This document shows, in pieces, positions 37,857 to 48,200 of a DNA stretch of 64,000 bases. The notes under the pieces are model-generated. The model worked only from the letters and a program-made list of their open reading frames with translations, was not told where the DNA came from and did no database searches. Both the position numbers and the translations under genes were made by a program. This DNA is from Octopus bimaculoides (lineage: Eukaryota), in the NCBI RefSeq assembly GCF_001194135.2, contig NC_069000.1, positions 21,995,742-22,059,741 of the forward strand. The letters are read 5' to 3'. Every line of letters begins with the position of its first letter. The stretch's first letter is position 1.

Positions 37857-38261
37857 GTACAAACATCCCAAGTCAGTGACAGCAACGAATGCACATGGCC
37901 ATTAGTTGCTATATATACGGATGATGAAAATGGTCCGCTTCGGTTATTTAGCCATCGATCTTAACAACAGTAGTTAGGATCTCGACATTTAGTAAATAAA
38001 TAAACGATTTAATTCAAACATATACATCCAATTTGCTTAGATAAAAGATATTTCCACATATTTCCATTCATAAACTCGTAACTGGTCCTTAAGACACAAT
38101 TAGTGAACGTAAACGAAAATAGAGATTCCCATGTATATTTACTTCATAGATAAATGTATGCATGTAGTATACGTATATACATTATATATATATATATATA
38201 TAATACTTACTGTGTCCTGGCTGCTGTATGATACTATATGTTGGAGTTTAATTTCTGGCAT
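2475..38261 (-). CDS. XRCC1: DNA repair protein XRCC1, 13 coding exons in window; 3' end (rest of BRCT2) not in readable sequence
   Basis: Spliced translation gives MPEIKLQHIVSYSSQD (N-terminal domain), IDIGNDGSAFVEVLVG, TSSFMSP, YGLSFIKFH, BRCT1 (VVFVLSGFQNPFRADLRDKAREMGAKYRPDW...CAFANTPKY) and BRCT2 start (LPDFFSDKHFFLYG...RYIIAYNG); all introns GT-AG with compatible phases. Confidence 0.96.
5742..6221. promoter_or_regulatory. Cluster of three RFX X-box motifs in XRCC1 introns 11-12
   Basis: GTTTCTATGGTAAC 5742-5755, GTTACCATGGTAAC 5910-5923, GTTGCTATAGTAAC 6208-6221. Confidence 0.5.
6060..6141 (-). CDS. XRCC1: XRCC1 exon 12 (DRESTDEEEEEEEEGVVSEEDTDDEVRR)
   Basis: 82 nt, phase 1 to 2; DTDDEVRR matches vertebrate DTEDELRR. 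Confidence 0.88.
6538..6761 (-). CDS. XRCC1: XRCC1 exon 11, acidic linker
   Basis: 224 nt, TTTTCCAG acceptor, GTATGT donor, phase 2 to 1. Confidence 0.85.
6804..6877. repeat. (TG)n microsatellite
   Basis: ~37 perfect units just beyond the exon 11 acceptor. Confidence 0.95.
7602..7875 (-). mobile_element. tRNA-derived SINE (family D), copy 1
   Basis: tRNA-like head with A/B-box-like motifs at the right end; identical to 10082-10355. Confidence 0.75.
8488..9330 (-). mobile_element. Mariner (Mos1/SETMAR-like) transposon, truncated and frameshifted
   Basis: TIR TTAGGTTGAGTAAAAAG after TA; transposase motifs WVPNDL, IVICNEKW, LHDNARPH, YSPDLSPTNY. Confidence 0.9.
9330..9600 (-). mobile_element. 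RTE-clade LINE internal fragment
   Basis: VVGEKCV...DGLLAL...KREVWRRYYERLLNKENEWEKESLPNVDSTEGPAIRI is typical of the RTE endonuclease-RT linker. Confidence 0.75.
10082..10355 (-). mobile_element. tRNA-derived SINE (family D), copy 2
   Basis: 274 nt identical to 7602-7875; older related copies near 2180-2330, 26800-27110 and 31750-32000. Confidence 0.75.
10473..10791 (+). mobile_element. RTE LINE 3' UTR / RTE-tailed SINE with (GAT)n tail
   Basis: AAGGGCATCCAGCTGTAGAAACTCTGCC...GCATGGAAAGCGGACGTTAAA + (GAT)n; related copies at 16950-17350, 20237-20530 and 23249-23542. Confidence 0.75.
11437..11550 (-). CDS. XRCC1: XRCC1 exon 10, BRCT1 second half
   Basis: 114 nt, CAFANTPKYNMVKGQGRIVTKQWVLDCHKQRTLLPWR, phase 2 to 2. 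Confidence 0.95.
12030..12258 (+). mobile_element. Tc1-like transposon 3' end
   Basis: ...YESIPRRIQAVITAKGRPTPY* followed by terminus GGTGTTTCCATTACTTTGTCCAACCCCT-TA. Confidence 0.7.
12494..12656 (-). CDS. XRCC1: XRCC1 exon 9, BRCT1 first half
   Basis: 163 nt, FSKIMDNVVFVLSGFQNPFRADLRDKAREMGAKYRPDWSSDCTHL, phase 1 to 2. Confidence 0.95.
13790..14190 (+). mobile_element. tRNA-derived SINE (family A), representative full copy
   Basis: Head ...GGTAAGAAATTTGCTTCC, core GGGCAAGTGCCTTCTACTATAGCC...GGTAGATGGAAACTGAAAGAAG, tail with GCAAGGCCACTGTCTAATGATTGAAAC; further copies near 3140, 4000, 4745, 7060, 13500, 14960, 17980, 19545, 25225, 31310 and 39570. Confidence 0.75.
14362..14623 (-). CDS. XRCC1: XRCC1 exon 8, basic/Ser-rich linker with NLS-like KKKRK
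   Basis: 262 nt open frame, TTTAG acceptor, GTGAG donor, phase 0 to 1. Confidence 0.85.
16950..17350 (+). mobile_element. RTE-tailed repeat copy
   Basis: Internally repeated GACTGG...GTGCC...TAAAAGCACC units and the shared RTE 3' end. Confidence 0.7.
17846..17934 (-). CDS. XRCC1: XRCC1 exon 7 (GAAAIRAASNQARST...STPE)
   Basis: 89 nt, phase 1 to 0, TAG acceptor, GTAAG donor. Confidence 0.85.
19071..19129 (+). ncRNA. Type I hammerhead ribozyme motif (minimal stem III), possibly a degenerate retroelement relic
   Basis: Stem I GTGGAG-AT-TTGCTG pairs with TAGCAA-CTCCAC; core CTGATGA 19085-19091; stem II TGTGT-aaag-ACACA; GAAA 19106-19109; short stem III ATCTGGAT; cleavage triplet ATT. Confidence 0.55.
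20237..20530 (-). mobile_element. RTE-tailed repeat copy (inverted)
   Basis: Reverse complement of the 10473-10791 family, (CAT)n at the left end. Confidence 0.7.
21878..21998 (-). CDS. XRCC1: XRCC1 exon 6 (INPKKIGAFFFRQGEEDKKDLKVGSLFARQK...)
   Basis: 121 nt, phase 0 to 1, resembles vertebrate KLGQFRVKEE...PGALFF segment. Confidence 0.88.
22540..23542 (+). mobile_element. 5'-truncated RTE-clade LINE (RT C-terminus, gap, 3' UTR, GAT tail)
   Basis: MLHGSETWAVTAEDIRKLARNEASMLRWMC...RRLRWYGHVVRM, then the RTE 3' UTR after the N gap. Confidence 0.85.
25437..25541 (-). CDS. XRCC1: XRCC1 exon 5 (TTNYGLSFIKFHSPP...EEDDL)
   Basis: 105 nt, TTCAG acceptor, GTAAGT donor; an alternative in-frame donor would end the exon at 25470. 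Confidence 0.88.
25600..26250 (-). mobile_element. Three head-to-tail copies of tRNA-derived SINE family B
   Basis: Shared core GGTACTT...GACC..GAAAGGATGAAAGGCAAAG...GAATTTGAACTCAG; (AAT)n between copies; other copies near 4170, 11790, 32320, 32530, 33600, 34120, 34320, 40690, 45000, 45835 and 63330. Confidence 0.7.
27133..27515. mobile_element. Tc1/mariner-type MITE with an internal 4x85-bp tandem array
   Basis: TA-CAGGGTGTCCACAAGGTCTGGGTAC and GTACCTAGACTTTGTGGACACTCTG-TA are imperfect TIRs; unit starts at 27154, 27239, 27324 and 27409. Confidence 0.8.
28786..28979. repeat. 3x30-bp tandem repeat plus an inverted copy (foldback)
   Basis: AAGTTACAAATGTATAAGTATATATGCACT at 28786, 28816 and 28846; reverse complement at 28931-28979. 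Confidence 0.85.
30664..31264. repeat. ~600-bp imperfect palindrome (arms ~285 bp, spacer ~32 bp)
   Basis: CTGCATCTGAGAAAGTAATAGTTAGTTCATG... at 30664 is the reverse complement of ...CATGAACTAACTATTACTTTCTCAGATGCAG ending at 31264. Confidence 0.85.
32120..32278 (-). CDS. XRCC1: XRCC1 exon 4 (VILVTSSFMSPMESR...WDRVKIICTQPFNK)
   Basis: 159 nt, AG/GT boundaries, hallmark TSSFMSP and WDRVKI. Confidence 0.95.
32733..32774. repeat. (TAG)n microsatellite
   Basis: ~14 units at a SINE end. Confidence 0.9.
32798..32902 (-). CDS. XRCC1: XRCC1 exon 3 (FEKASKIHSIDIGNDGSAFVEVLVGRSSSHNDDFK)
   Basis: 105 nt, AG/GT boundaries, hallmark DIGNDGSAFVEVLVG. Confidence 0.95.
33930..34022 (-). CDS. XRCC1: XRCC1 exon 2 (NHPAENLLKPDGFHKWKSASAGEKSLSAILQ)
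   Basis: 93 nt, CAG acceptor, GTAA donor, matches XRCC1 N-terminal domain. Confidence 0.92.
35100..36850 (+). mobile_element. Degenerate R4/Dong-like non-LTR retrotransposon (RT and zinc-knuckle remnants)
   Basis: KGIFEGDTL..LLFILALNP, YKYLGI, NAFA.LVL...GGRG-like, FAIQEQ and CRLC...RHNIVAKIY remnants with many stops. Confidence 0.7.
37010..37240 (+). mobile_element. Possible ancient piggyBac transposase fragment
   Basis: IQNFYQGQ and MLQMYTTLPKSAKRRIFMDNFF resemble the piggyBac PYQG and DNFF catalytic-Asp regions. Confidence 0.4.
38211..38261 (-). CDS. XRCC1: XRCC1 coding exon 1 (MPEIKLQHIVSYSSQDT)
   Basis: 51 nt, ATG at 38261-38259, GTAAG donor, phase 0. Confidence 0.92.
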
Positions 38262-38359
38262 TTTGTCACTTTCTACTTAGATTGTTTTTAGTAAGGCAAA
38301 AATTTACTATTATTGCTGGAAATCACTTATGATTATTATTATTTTTTTTTTTTTTACAT

Positions 38360-38530
38360 ATCAAATTGGCGCACTATCATGTATGTATATGTGCGCGTGT
38401 ATATGTATGCGTGTGTTTCTATGAATGTGTTATAAATAATAACAGCCTCGTTTTCGGAAAAAAAAAAAAAAAAGAGAGAGAGAGAGAGATTCTATCGCCA
38501 AGTTATGTCTTTCTCTTTGGCGGAAGTCTT
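38360..38530 (-). promoter_or_regulatory. Putative XRCC1 proximal promoter with E2F- and ETS-like sites
   Basis: TTTGGCGGAAGTC at 38516-38528 and further TTGGCG motifs near 38366 and 38495, 100-270 nt upstream of the ATG. Confidence 0.4.
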
Positions 38531-41500
38531 GAAAATAAATACAATTGCATCTTTTGCTAACTTTCTGGAAAATAAAGTTGGGATTTCTAGTAGTTAAAGT
38601 AATGGAAGGTACTGGCTTAAAAATATCAATGTTTCGTAAGGAGCTCACTGATGCTGAGACACTTAACATTTGCTGGTGAAATTTTGGAATAGCTGTTCCT
38701 CATGGTAAAATTTTTTTGGTGGGTGCCAGGGAAAACTTTTTTTTCATTTTTGTCTTACAAATAACAAGAGATGGCCATTTCCAGTTAGTACTTACTAGAA
38801 TGGCCAGCTCTGTTGTTTGTAACGTACATATGTAAATATATGCATGCACGCACATGCACACGTTTGTTTTGCCCAGTCAGCTGCCTAACCTAATAAAAGT
38901 AGCTGCTTGCTGAAAACGTAAAAGTGGGGACATAAACTCAAGGATTACCAGGAGTAGAAGAATAGCTGAGTTACAGATAAAGGGATTAATTAGAAAAACT
39001 ACTGAAGAGAAAACAACGCATTTTCAGTTCATTGCACATTTACCATTAAACGGAGGTAAAAAGTATGAGCAAATGTAACATACAAGCAAAGCAAAAAATT
39101 CCTTTTCTTTAAGAGTAATTTTTATGCGTATTTTCACTTTAAATAAGTACAAAAGCTATAATTGTCTCGCACAATAAAATTTACAATCTCGTTATTAAAA
39201 AGTGCCGTAAAATATTTGTTTTGCTTTCATGATGGCCGTATCCATGTAAAGTTTTAAAATCACTAATTTATGTTCGCTGTTTAAGGGTTAAGGAGAACTG
39301 ACTGACCTTTGATTATAATGAGCGACTTTCACATTATCAACTTGTAGCTCAAGGGTATCAGACCTGTTTACCGTAGGAAAACAAATGCAATGTGAGTACA
39401 CTATATACTAGTCAGATAATGTAACCTTTGCCACGAGCAATTACACAGGTGATTAATATAAAAATTGCGAAATGTGGATTTATTCTGTTCTTATGCTTAC
39501 ATGAAGCTCTTAAAAGCAAATAAAATCAAGTGTATCTTTTGCTTGTTTCATACTTATTCTATCGAGCATTTTTGCTGAACCTCTAAAGTACGAAAACACA
39601 CCAAACACCAGTTGTCAAACGGTGGTGGGGAGACACACACAAGCATACATATGATGAGCTTCTTTCAGTTTCTGTCTACCAAATCTATTCATACGGCTTT
39701 GATCAGCCCAAGGCTATTGTAGAAAAGACTTGTCCAAGGTGCCATGCAGTGGGACAACCTGGAACCATGTGGTTAGGAAGCAAGCTTCTTATTACACAGC
39801 CATCTAATTTTGGCACCAAATGCGGAGTTGTAACCAATTTTCAGTGGTTGGGAAGCAAACTTCTTAACCATACAGTCATAGCCTGCACCTATGTTAATTG
39901 GAAAGATGATGGATTTGCAATTAACATAGGTGCAGGCATGACTGATGATGGATTTGCAGTAGTACTGTAGAAGCCAGTTTTGTTGTTATAGACCAAGTTT
40001 GCAGTTTTGGCGAAGTTCTCAGTGTGAGGAGGGGTTGGCTGGGAGAATTGTGTGAAACCAGGATCTAATCTAAGGACAAACAAAATCTAACAGGTATGCA
40101 CTTTGTGAAGGGTGGCAGTGTTTTCACCTTTCTTCCAAACACTACCTAGAAGAAATACTCAAGAAAATATCTATGAGAAATTCACTTGATTGAACAAAGT
40201 AAGGCTTATAGGTCTGGCTGAAGTGTTTAAAAGACTAAGTACTTAGTTCAAACATAAGACCCCCTTTGGTCATGAATGATCATGGGATTGCACCTAGAAA
40301 GTGGCCCTCTGAGGCACAAGTCTGGGAAAGGTTGTTTTATGGAAGACCAGCAGTCACCCATGCATACCAATCTCCCCTCTCCATGCCAAGGGAAAAGCAA
40401 AGGCCGATACAGCTTGGCACCAGTGATATTGAAACTCATTTCTACAGATGAACATGGAATAAAGTGTCTTGATGAAGAACACAAACACGACCTGGTCTGG
40501 GAACCAAACTCATTACTCATAATTGTGAGCCCGATGCTCTAACCATTGAGCCATAAGCTTAAATGAACACTTGCCCATACACTTGTGCATCTTGTATTCC
40601 AGTATTTAGGACCGAGAAATAGAATTAGGATTGTCTACAAAAAAGATAACTTGTGATTGCTGTCATCCTTTGAATAACAGTATTAATTCTTTACATTCTG
40701 AGTTCAAATCCTACTGTGGTCAACTTTGCCTTTCATCCTTTCAAAATTGATAACATAGAGCACCAGTCAAATACTGGGATTAATAGTATCAGTTTAACTC
40801 CTCCTTTTAAAAATTACTGACCTTCTGCCTAAATTAGAAACAATTATTATTTAACTTCGTCTTTTTCCTTTCAGAGTTGTTGAAATAAGTACCAGTTACA
40901 TACTGGAGTTGATTTCTATTTGATCATGCCACCATACACATGCAAGAGAACAATGATAGCTGAAATATGGGCTAAAATCACCTGCTAAGAGCCATCATTG
41001 CCAAATATGGAGACTGATATGCTGTGACTGTTTTCTCATTACAGAACTGACAAGGTGTTGAATGCTAAGCACTGCTACTGTAATATGTAGTGTAAACATT
41101 CAAACACCATCTCTGTCTTCCTGAATCCTGCTGCATTTCACTGAGAGATTTTAGTCCTTCAAAGTTGCCAGGTGTATCAATTGACCTGTGGTTTTTGGCT
41201 GTAAATTTTGCTCTGAAAAATTCAGAAAATACAGTCTGTGTGGGAAAAATGAAAAGTTAGTTAATCTCTGTTGCTGGTGACAAGTACTTCATAATAGTTC
41301 TTATTTATATAGTTAGGGAGACTGCAATACTGATTACATAATTGTGCACCTGCTAACATTATTGAGCAAAACAGGAGTTAAATGTATATGGCAGGTATAT
41401 ATACAAGTGTTTAATGTCTGTTTTCCATGCTGACATGGGCTGGATGGCTTGACAGGAGCAGGTGAGGTCAGGGGCTGCACCAGGCTCCATAGTCTGTTTT

Positions 41501-42017
41501 GGCTTTGTTTCTGCAGCTGGATACCCTTCCTAATGCCAACTACTTTACAGAGTCTAGTGGGTGCTTTTTATGTGGCACCATCACCAGTGCTTTTTACATG
41601 ACACCAGCATCCACACCAGTGCTTTTTATGTGGCACCTTGGTTTTAGGATCTCAGTTCTGTTGTGATGGGTGGGCCTTCTCGAGCACAGCAATGTGCTAC
41701 ATATCTCAGTCCTCTGACAAAAATGCATATGTTGTTCAAGTCCTTTAAGTTAGCTGATTTCTCTTTTCTACCTAAAAATTGCTGCTTTTGTCTACTATGA
41801 TTTAATTTACAAAGAAAAAAATACAATAAAAACGAAGAAAAAACTCATTGTTTATTAATGATTAATAGATTTTTATCAACGATTAAAGATTTTTATTGAT
41901 GTTGTCATTGCCAGTGTTACCTTCTTTTGGTTGTTGATACCCTCCTCTTCTTCCTCCTTTACTGATTTAAAACCATCATTATACAGGTGTTCCTAGCAGA
42001 TGGAAATGTCTCTCATT

Positions 42018-42271
42018 CTAGTCTAGTATCACTTCAGATACCATAGGTTCATCATGAAGACCTTGCTCCATATTTTTGAAGGCTGTCTCGCAAATTTCTT
42101 TCCTCATGGTGACTGTGTTTGTAGCACAGTGTGGTGTAATGATAACATTTGGGAAGTTGTAAAGCTTGTGGTCTGCAGGCAAGGGTTCAGGTGTAGTGAC
42201 ATCCAGGGCAGCTCCTGCAATCCTTCCTGATTCCAATGCATCAACAAGAGCACTTTGGTCAACGATGTCTC
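42018..42271 (-). CDS. 2-hydroxyacid dehydrogenase copy A exon 4 (catalytic Glu/His, TAG stop)
   Basis: 254 nt, DIVDQSALVDALESGRIAGAALDVTTPEPLP...IITPH. Confidence 0.93.
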
Positions 42272-45200
42272 CTAAATTGGAAGAATAAAAAAAGAAAGAG
42301 GCAGTGATAGTGCGACAGAAATAGAAATATATATACATACACACACACAAAGGGGCTTGATGTGAGTTGTCTCGCTTGTCTATGACTTACTTTCAGGGAC
42401 ATTGATAATATATTCTCTTACACCTAAAAAAACGCAGCCACTCAACGAACTAACTAACAGTATACACATCTTGTGTATGTCTGTTTGATTTTGTTGTTAT
42501 ATATATATATGTAAATATATATCAAAACAGGAAGTTGGAAAAAATTTTCGGTGTTATTTATTCATCATTACACATTTTTCATTTCCTATTAGAAATTCTT
42601 CAGAGAATCAAATAATACAATTACATCAACTACATTCTGGATTGTAATACTGGAATAAGATGATGTGCTTCAAGAGGATACAGCTTGGATTTTTCCCTCC
42701 CTACATTATATGTGTGTGTGTGTGTGTTTGTGTGCATATGTGTATTTATATCATTATCATCATCATCATTTAACATGTGTATTCTATGTTGGCTTGAGTT
42801 GGACAGCTTGATAGGAACTGGCAAGACCAGGAGCTGCACCAGGTTCCCTAGTCTGTTTTGGCTTGGTTTTTACTGCTGGATGCCCTTCCTAATGCCAGCC
42901 ACTTTGCAGAGTGTACTGGGTGCTTTTTACGTGGTACCATGATCAGTGATTTTTATGTGGCACCAGAACCCACACCAATGCTTTGGTAGATATATGTATG
43001 CATATAGAAGCATTTATGTATATATATATACATGTGTGTATGTATGTATCTATTTATATATTAGGTTGAGTAAAAAGTAAGCAACGTTTTGAAACATGAA
43101 ATTCATCACAATATATTTCAACAATGTGGAAATTTTATTCATCAAAGTAAGTACCATTACAATCAACAGATTTTTGCCAATGAGTTACAAGTTTGTTTAT
43201 TCCAGTAACATAAAAATCTGGAGTTCTGGAACTGATGAACACTTTGAATGCACTTACAGCATTGGTTTGATTTTTGAACTCTTCTCGCAGGGAGCCATCA
43301 AGGTGCTTCAAAAAGTGGTAGTCGGTAGGAGAAAGGTCTGGGGAATAAGCTGGGTGGAGAAGAACTTTGTAGTCAAGTTCCCTCAACTTCTGGAGCATCA
43401 TTTAGTGAAACGTATAGTCGAGCATTGTCATGAAGAATGATTGGCCCTCTTCTGTTGACCAGTCTGGGATGGAGGAGTAGCAGTTTTTTGTCATTTTGGC
43501 AATATGTTTCTGCAGTAATGGTTTTTCCAGGTTTTAAGAAATTATAGTGGATGAGTCCAGCAGTACACCACCAAACAGTTACCATAACCTTCTTTTTGAA
43601 GAGCTCGGATTTAGGGTAGGTTTTTGGTCCAACCACTGTGAAGAACGTTTTTTTATTATTGTACAGAATCCACAAATTATAATATGGCCGAGAAATGGAT
43701 CAGTCTGTTTACAGAGAAGCAACAAACAAATTACATATCTGCGCATTTTCTGATTTTCATTCAAATTGTGTGGTACCCATTTGTCAAGATTTTTTGATTT
43801 TCTGATCACATGCAAATGGCTGCAGGTAGTTTTCTGGCTAACTTGAAGTTCTGCCTGTTTTCAAGTAGTTTCACATGGATCTTTCAATGACAGATGGGCG
43901 TCCACTATGCTTGAGATCTTCAAGCCTCAGGTCTCCACTACGAAATTGTTTAAACCATTTTTGAGCTGACCATTCACTGGTCATTTCCTCATCAAATGTT
44001 TCATTGATATCGCAAGCAGTTTCAGCTGCTTTACGTCCTTTTTAGAAGTTGAATAGCAAATTTTCTCAAATATCACGCTTTGACGGGTCCATTTCAGATG
44101 ATTGTAACAACGGTGAAAAAAATACCAATGTTAACTTATTGATGCATTTGGGCAAGTCTAAATCTGTATTATCAGACAATTGCAAAATTCCAGTACAAAT
44201 TCCTTTTACTCAACCTGATATATATGTATATATGCACATATATGTACACACACATAAGGTTTGTTCAAAAAGAAACTGAACATTTAAAACAGACTGTTAC
44301 AATGTACTTGTGGCTGCAGTTCTGCATATGAATAACCTTTGTGCTTCAGTGTATTAATCACCTTGTGTTGATGGAGAGAGAGATAGGTTGATAGATATGG
44401 TAGAAGTAGGAATTAAGTTCTGACAGGGCCCAGCTACTCATATGGAATGATTCAGTGAATAGGAGGGAGGGTATTGAAGAGATGAGAGGATCATGTAGAT
44501 CTAATACTATACCTAGTTACAAAAGTAGTAAGGGACAGTAAAACAGGAGAGAGTGTGAATGAGGAGACAGTGAGAAATAAAGAGATTTGCTCTCATTTTA
44601 ATGTTTGTTTTACATTCCTGTATAATGAGGCAGATCTTTTCCAGTACTGTATGTCACTGCAGACTTCTCTCATGCTCCGACACAATCTTCTCTCTCGTGA
44701 GTACAATCTTTTCTCTTGCCAATACAATTTTTTTCTCTTACATACCGCATCTGATTTCTCTTCTATTCAGTCTTTCTCTCAGTTCATTAATGCATATTCA
44801 TTCATGTATTCCAACATTGTACCAGTGGAGCATGCTCACTTTTGCAAATCTTCTGTACTCTAGGTGTGCGTCTCACTGCAGCATTGCACTTCATACTCAA
44901 GTGTTATATAACTTTCCCTTCACTCTAAAAGAGAAATTGTTTGTAGCCACCAGATGTAGAAACTGATTGAACTTTGTAACCTGTTCTTACTCTGGTCAGC
45001 AAGCTGGTGGAATTATTAGCACACCGAGCAAAATGCTTTGCAGCATTTTGTCTGTCTTTATGTTCTGAATTCAAATGCCACTGAGGTCAACTCTGCCTCT
45101 CATTCTTTCAAGGTTGATAGAATAAGTATCAGTTGAGTACTGGGCTTCATGTAATTGACTTATCTCCCACCCCCAAATGGCTGACCTCGTGCCAAAATTT

Positions 45201-48200
45201 GAAATCATTATTTTTACAGAACACACACCTCCACTGGTAATTAGCTCTTAGGTCACCTAGGTAAGAAAAGGTATCAAGTACTTCTTGGGAGTCATTTGAG
45301 AGAATCTATTTCATGTATAAACTTAGTGTTTGTTGTTCTTGTTTAGCTGTCACATATGAAGTCTACCTTCTCCATTAGCCTGTCTGTAATTCTACTACAC
45401 CCCTGTAGTTTACAACTGATGCTCTGTATGATACTTTTGTCCATCTCCTTTCTACATCTCAAACACGAACATTTTATCTCATGTCCTCAGGAACCACTCT
45501 TCTTTTGTATTTCAGTGTTCAATTAAGGATAAAAGGACAATGCGACCAAGAGATCTTGTGTGTAATTGCTTTTTTATTCCCCAGACCTTTCTCCTACTGA
45601 TTTCCACTTTTAGTCTTTGCTAAGTTTACTTTCATTAAGTTTCCATCTACCAAATGTTACACAAAAGACATTGGACAAGTCAACACTACAACAGAAGACA
45701 TTTACCCAAGTTGCTGCACAGTGGGGTCAAACCTGAAACCATGCAGTTGCAGACCAACCTCTCAACCACACACAGCAAACATTTATGAATAACATTCTCA
45801 CAGTTGTCTTTTACTGTATAAAAATGAAGAAGGGCAGCGAGATGGCATAATTGTTAGTATGCCGGGGAAAATGCTTAGCGACATTTTGTCCATCTTTATG
45901 ATCTGAATTCAAATTTTGCTGTCAACTTAATTGCTGATCCAACACATTATTTACAATACCACCATCACCACACTACTACTACTATTACTCATTAGTATTA
46001 AGGCAGGTCAATGTCTCTCATTAGGTCATTTCATTCTGTGTTCTCTAATTCAGTGTTAAAGAAACCAAGACATGAAATCCTTGAAACTTCCTATAACTAT
46101 ATACCAGTAATTAACCCTTTAACTGCCAGTCCAATATCATTAAATTCTTCACAATCCTACCATTCCTTCTTTTCAAAGATCATCACTTCATATCTTCAAG
46201 TTCCAATATCAAATCAGACGTTTTATTACTTGTCTATTTTTGTTTGTCATACATCCATAATTATTAGTGACAAGAAATTGAAGTACCTACCTCTGGCAAT
46301 ATTGATTAAAGTTGCAGTCTTCTTCATTACGTCCAGTTCCTTGTGACTAATCAAATGATATGTTTGTGGTGTCAAAGCACAGGTAGTCACAACATAGTCA
46401 CACAATGGTAACATGTCCATCAAGCTACTATAAAACTGAGCATCCACTTTTGCTTCTTCTTCTTTGGACCTGTAGAAGAAACTGAGTCTCTGTAATGTGT
46501 GTTTGAAGCATAATATTTTGTTCTTATCATTTTGCATCTAATTTTAGTATTATAACTGATGACGGATTTACTTCTGGAATAAGAGTGGTGTTTGCAGTTA
46601 GGAGCACTTTCCAGTGCAAAGACTCTGGTAAAATTCAAATATGGAACTTGTGTTGTCAAGTAGGCAGACACTTGAGTCAAAGATACAATTCTTGCATAAG
46701 CACATACTTCAATAATGTGAGACAATGCGACCAAGAGATCTTGTGTGTTATTGCTTGCTCTGTTATGAACTACAGCCAAATTTCTGTCACTGTAGTATCT
46801 TAAAAGGGAAAGGACAGACTTGATAATGTAACTATCAACATACTGTCTGAATAAGAGATGGATTATTTTTGTTCTGATGTCTGCAGAACTAGAGCTGACC
46901 TGAGATTAAACAATTGCTCAATAACTGTATAGTTTGAACTCAGTCGTGTAGTCGCTAGTTCATGATGTTAACCTCATATTCATCGAGGCTGATACAGAAG
47001 AAATTATTTTAATTTTATATTTGTTGTTTTTTAAAACAGGCTGAAAGAATGACAAGCATCGTTTGGGCGTTTTTACCCATAAGTTTCTATAATTGTTGTT
47101 GTTCAGCTTCCGGTTATTCTGAACACCCTCATGTTCAAACGTTTTCTGTCTGTGACCGTTCTGGCCAGTAACGTCCAATATTGGACCATGAAACCCAATA
47201 ACTAACTCCTAAAACATTATGTTTTTGAAATAAAACATTTAATTTGTGTTTGTATAAAGCAAAAAATGCTAATGAGCTAAAAAAAAATGTTAAAGCTTCC
47301 TACTTGGGGGGGGGGGGAATCACGATAAACACAAGTATATGTTATTAGTTCCTATGTATGTTTCATTGTGGTCGTTTAGAGCTCAGAATTGACTGTTCAA
47401 AGCGCAGTTAAATGCAATGGATCAAGAGGGAAACACTTTAATGCATTTTATTACAGTACTCATAAAGTTTACGAGAATGAAAAAGAAAAAACAAACAATT
47501 CGAATTTTATTTCTGTTAAATCTTTCTGTTCGTAATTGTTTGAAAATTGTTTAAAAAGTTTACCTTAAATCAAAATTTATTGTTCAAGGGAAGTAACTTC
47601 CAGCCAACTTCATCCAAGGGAAATAACTGTATTCTAATATTTTTTTTTTTTTTCGATTATATCCATACAGAAACACCTCTTAAACATTTTATTAGTATGT
47701 GTTCCTGGATGGCTAATATGTGCCTTCAACGCTCTATTCATTTCTGCAAATACATCTCTGTAATTTTCTTTTTCGTTTCGTGTTCATATTGGCAGGTCTA
47801 ATAAAAATAAACCACTGCGCCTTTGCCATAAAAAAAGGCATTTTAAAAGAAAGCAACATAATATATATGCCTTATAAATATATTTTTACTGAAAATTCTC
47901 TGAAGGATTATTTATATCCAGAGACAATTAACTATGAGGGAACATTTTATTAAGATTGTTTGAATATTTTATTGTGGGTTTTCCGAATGGCGTGTTCTAT
48001 GTTGTGGTGTTATGCATGGCAAGCAATGAAGTTAAGACAGGTTCTGAATACATGTTATATTTATATCAACTTGAGTGGTACAAAGGCGAATGTATGGAAT
48101 AACAGGGTAGATATATACAAACGTGTTATTTTATCTAAAGGCTGCTAATATAGAACTCGCCGTTGCAAGTCCGAAACATCAGGTTAGCTGTGTGTGACCG

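Noticed and set aside
39889-40083. 64-aa minus ORF that looks coding
   Set aside because: No recognisable homology or partner exons; its repeated ANPSS comes from the template-switch duplication
44260-44950. Possible additional mariner/Tc1 relic
   Set aside because: Only a TIR-like start and vague peptide similarity; cannot be supported without a search
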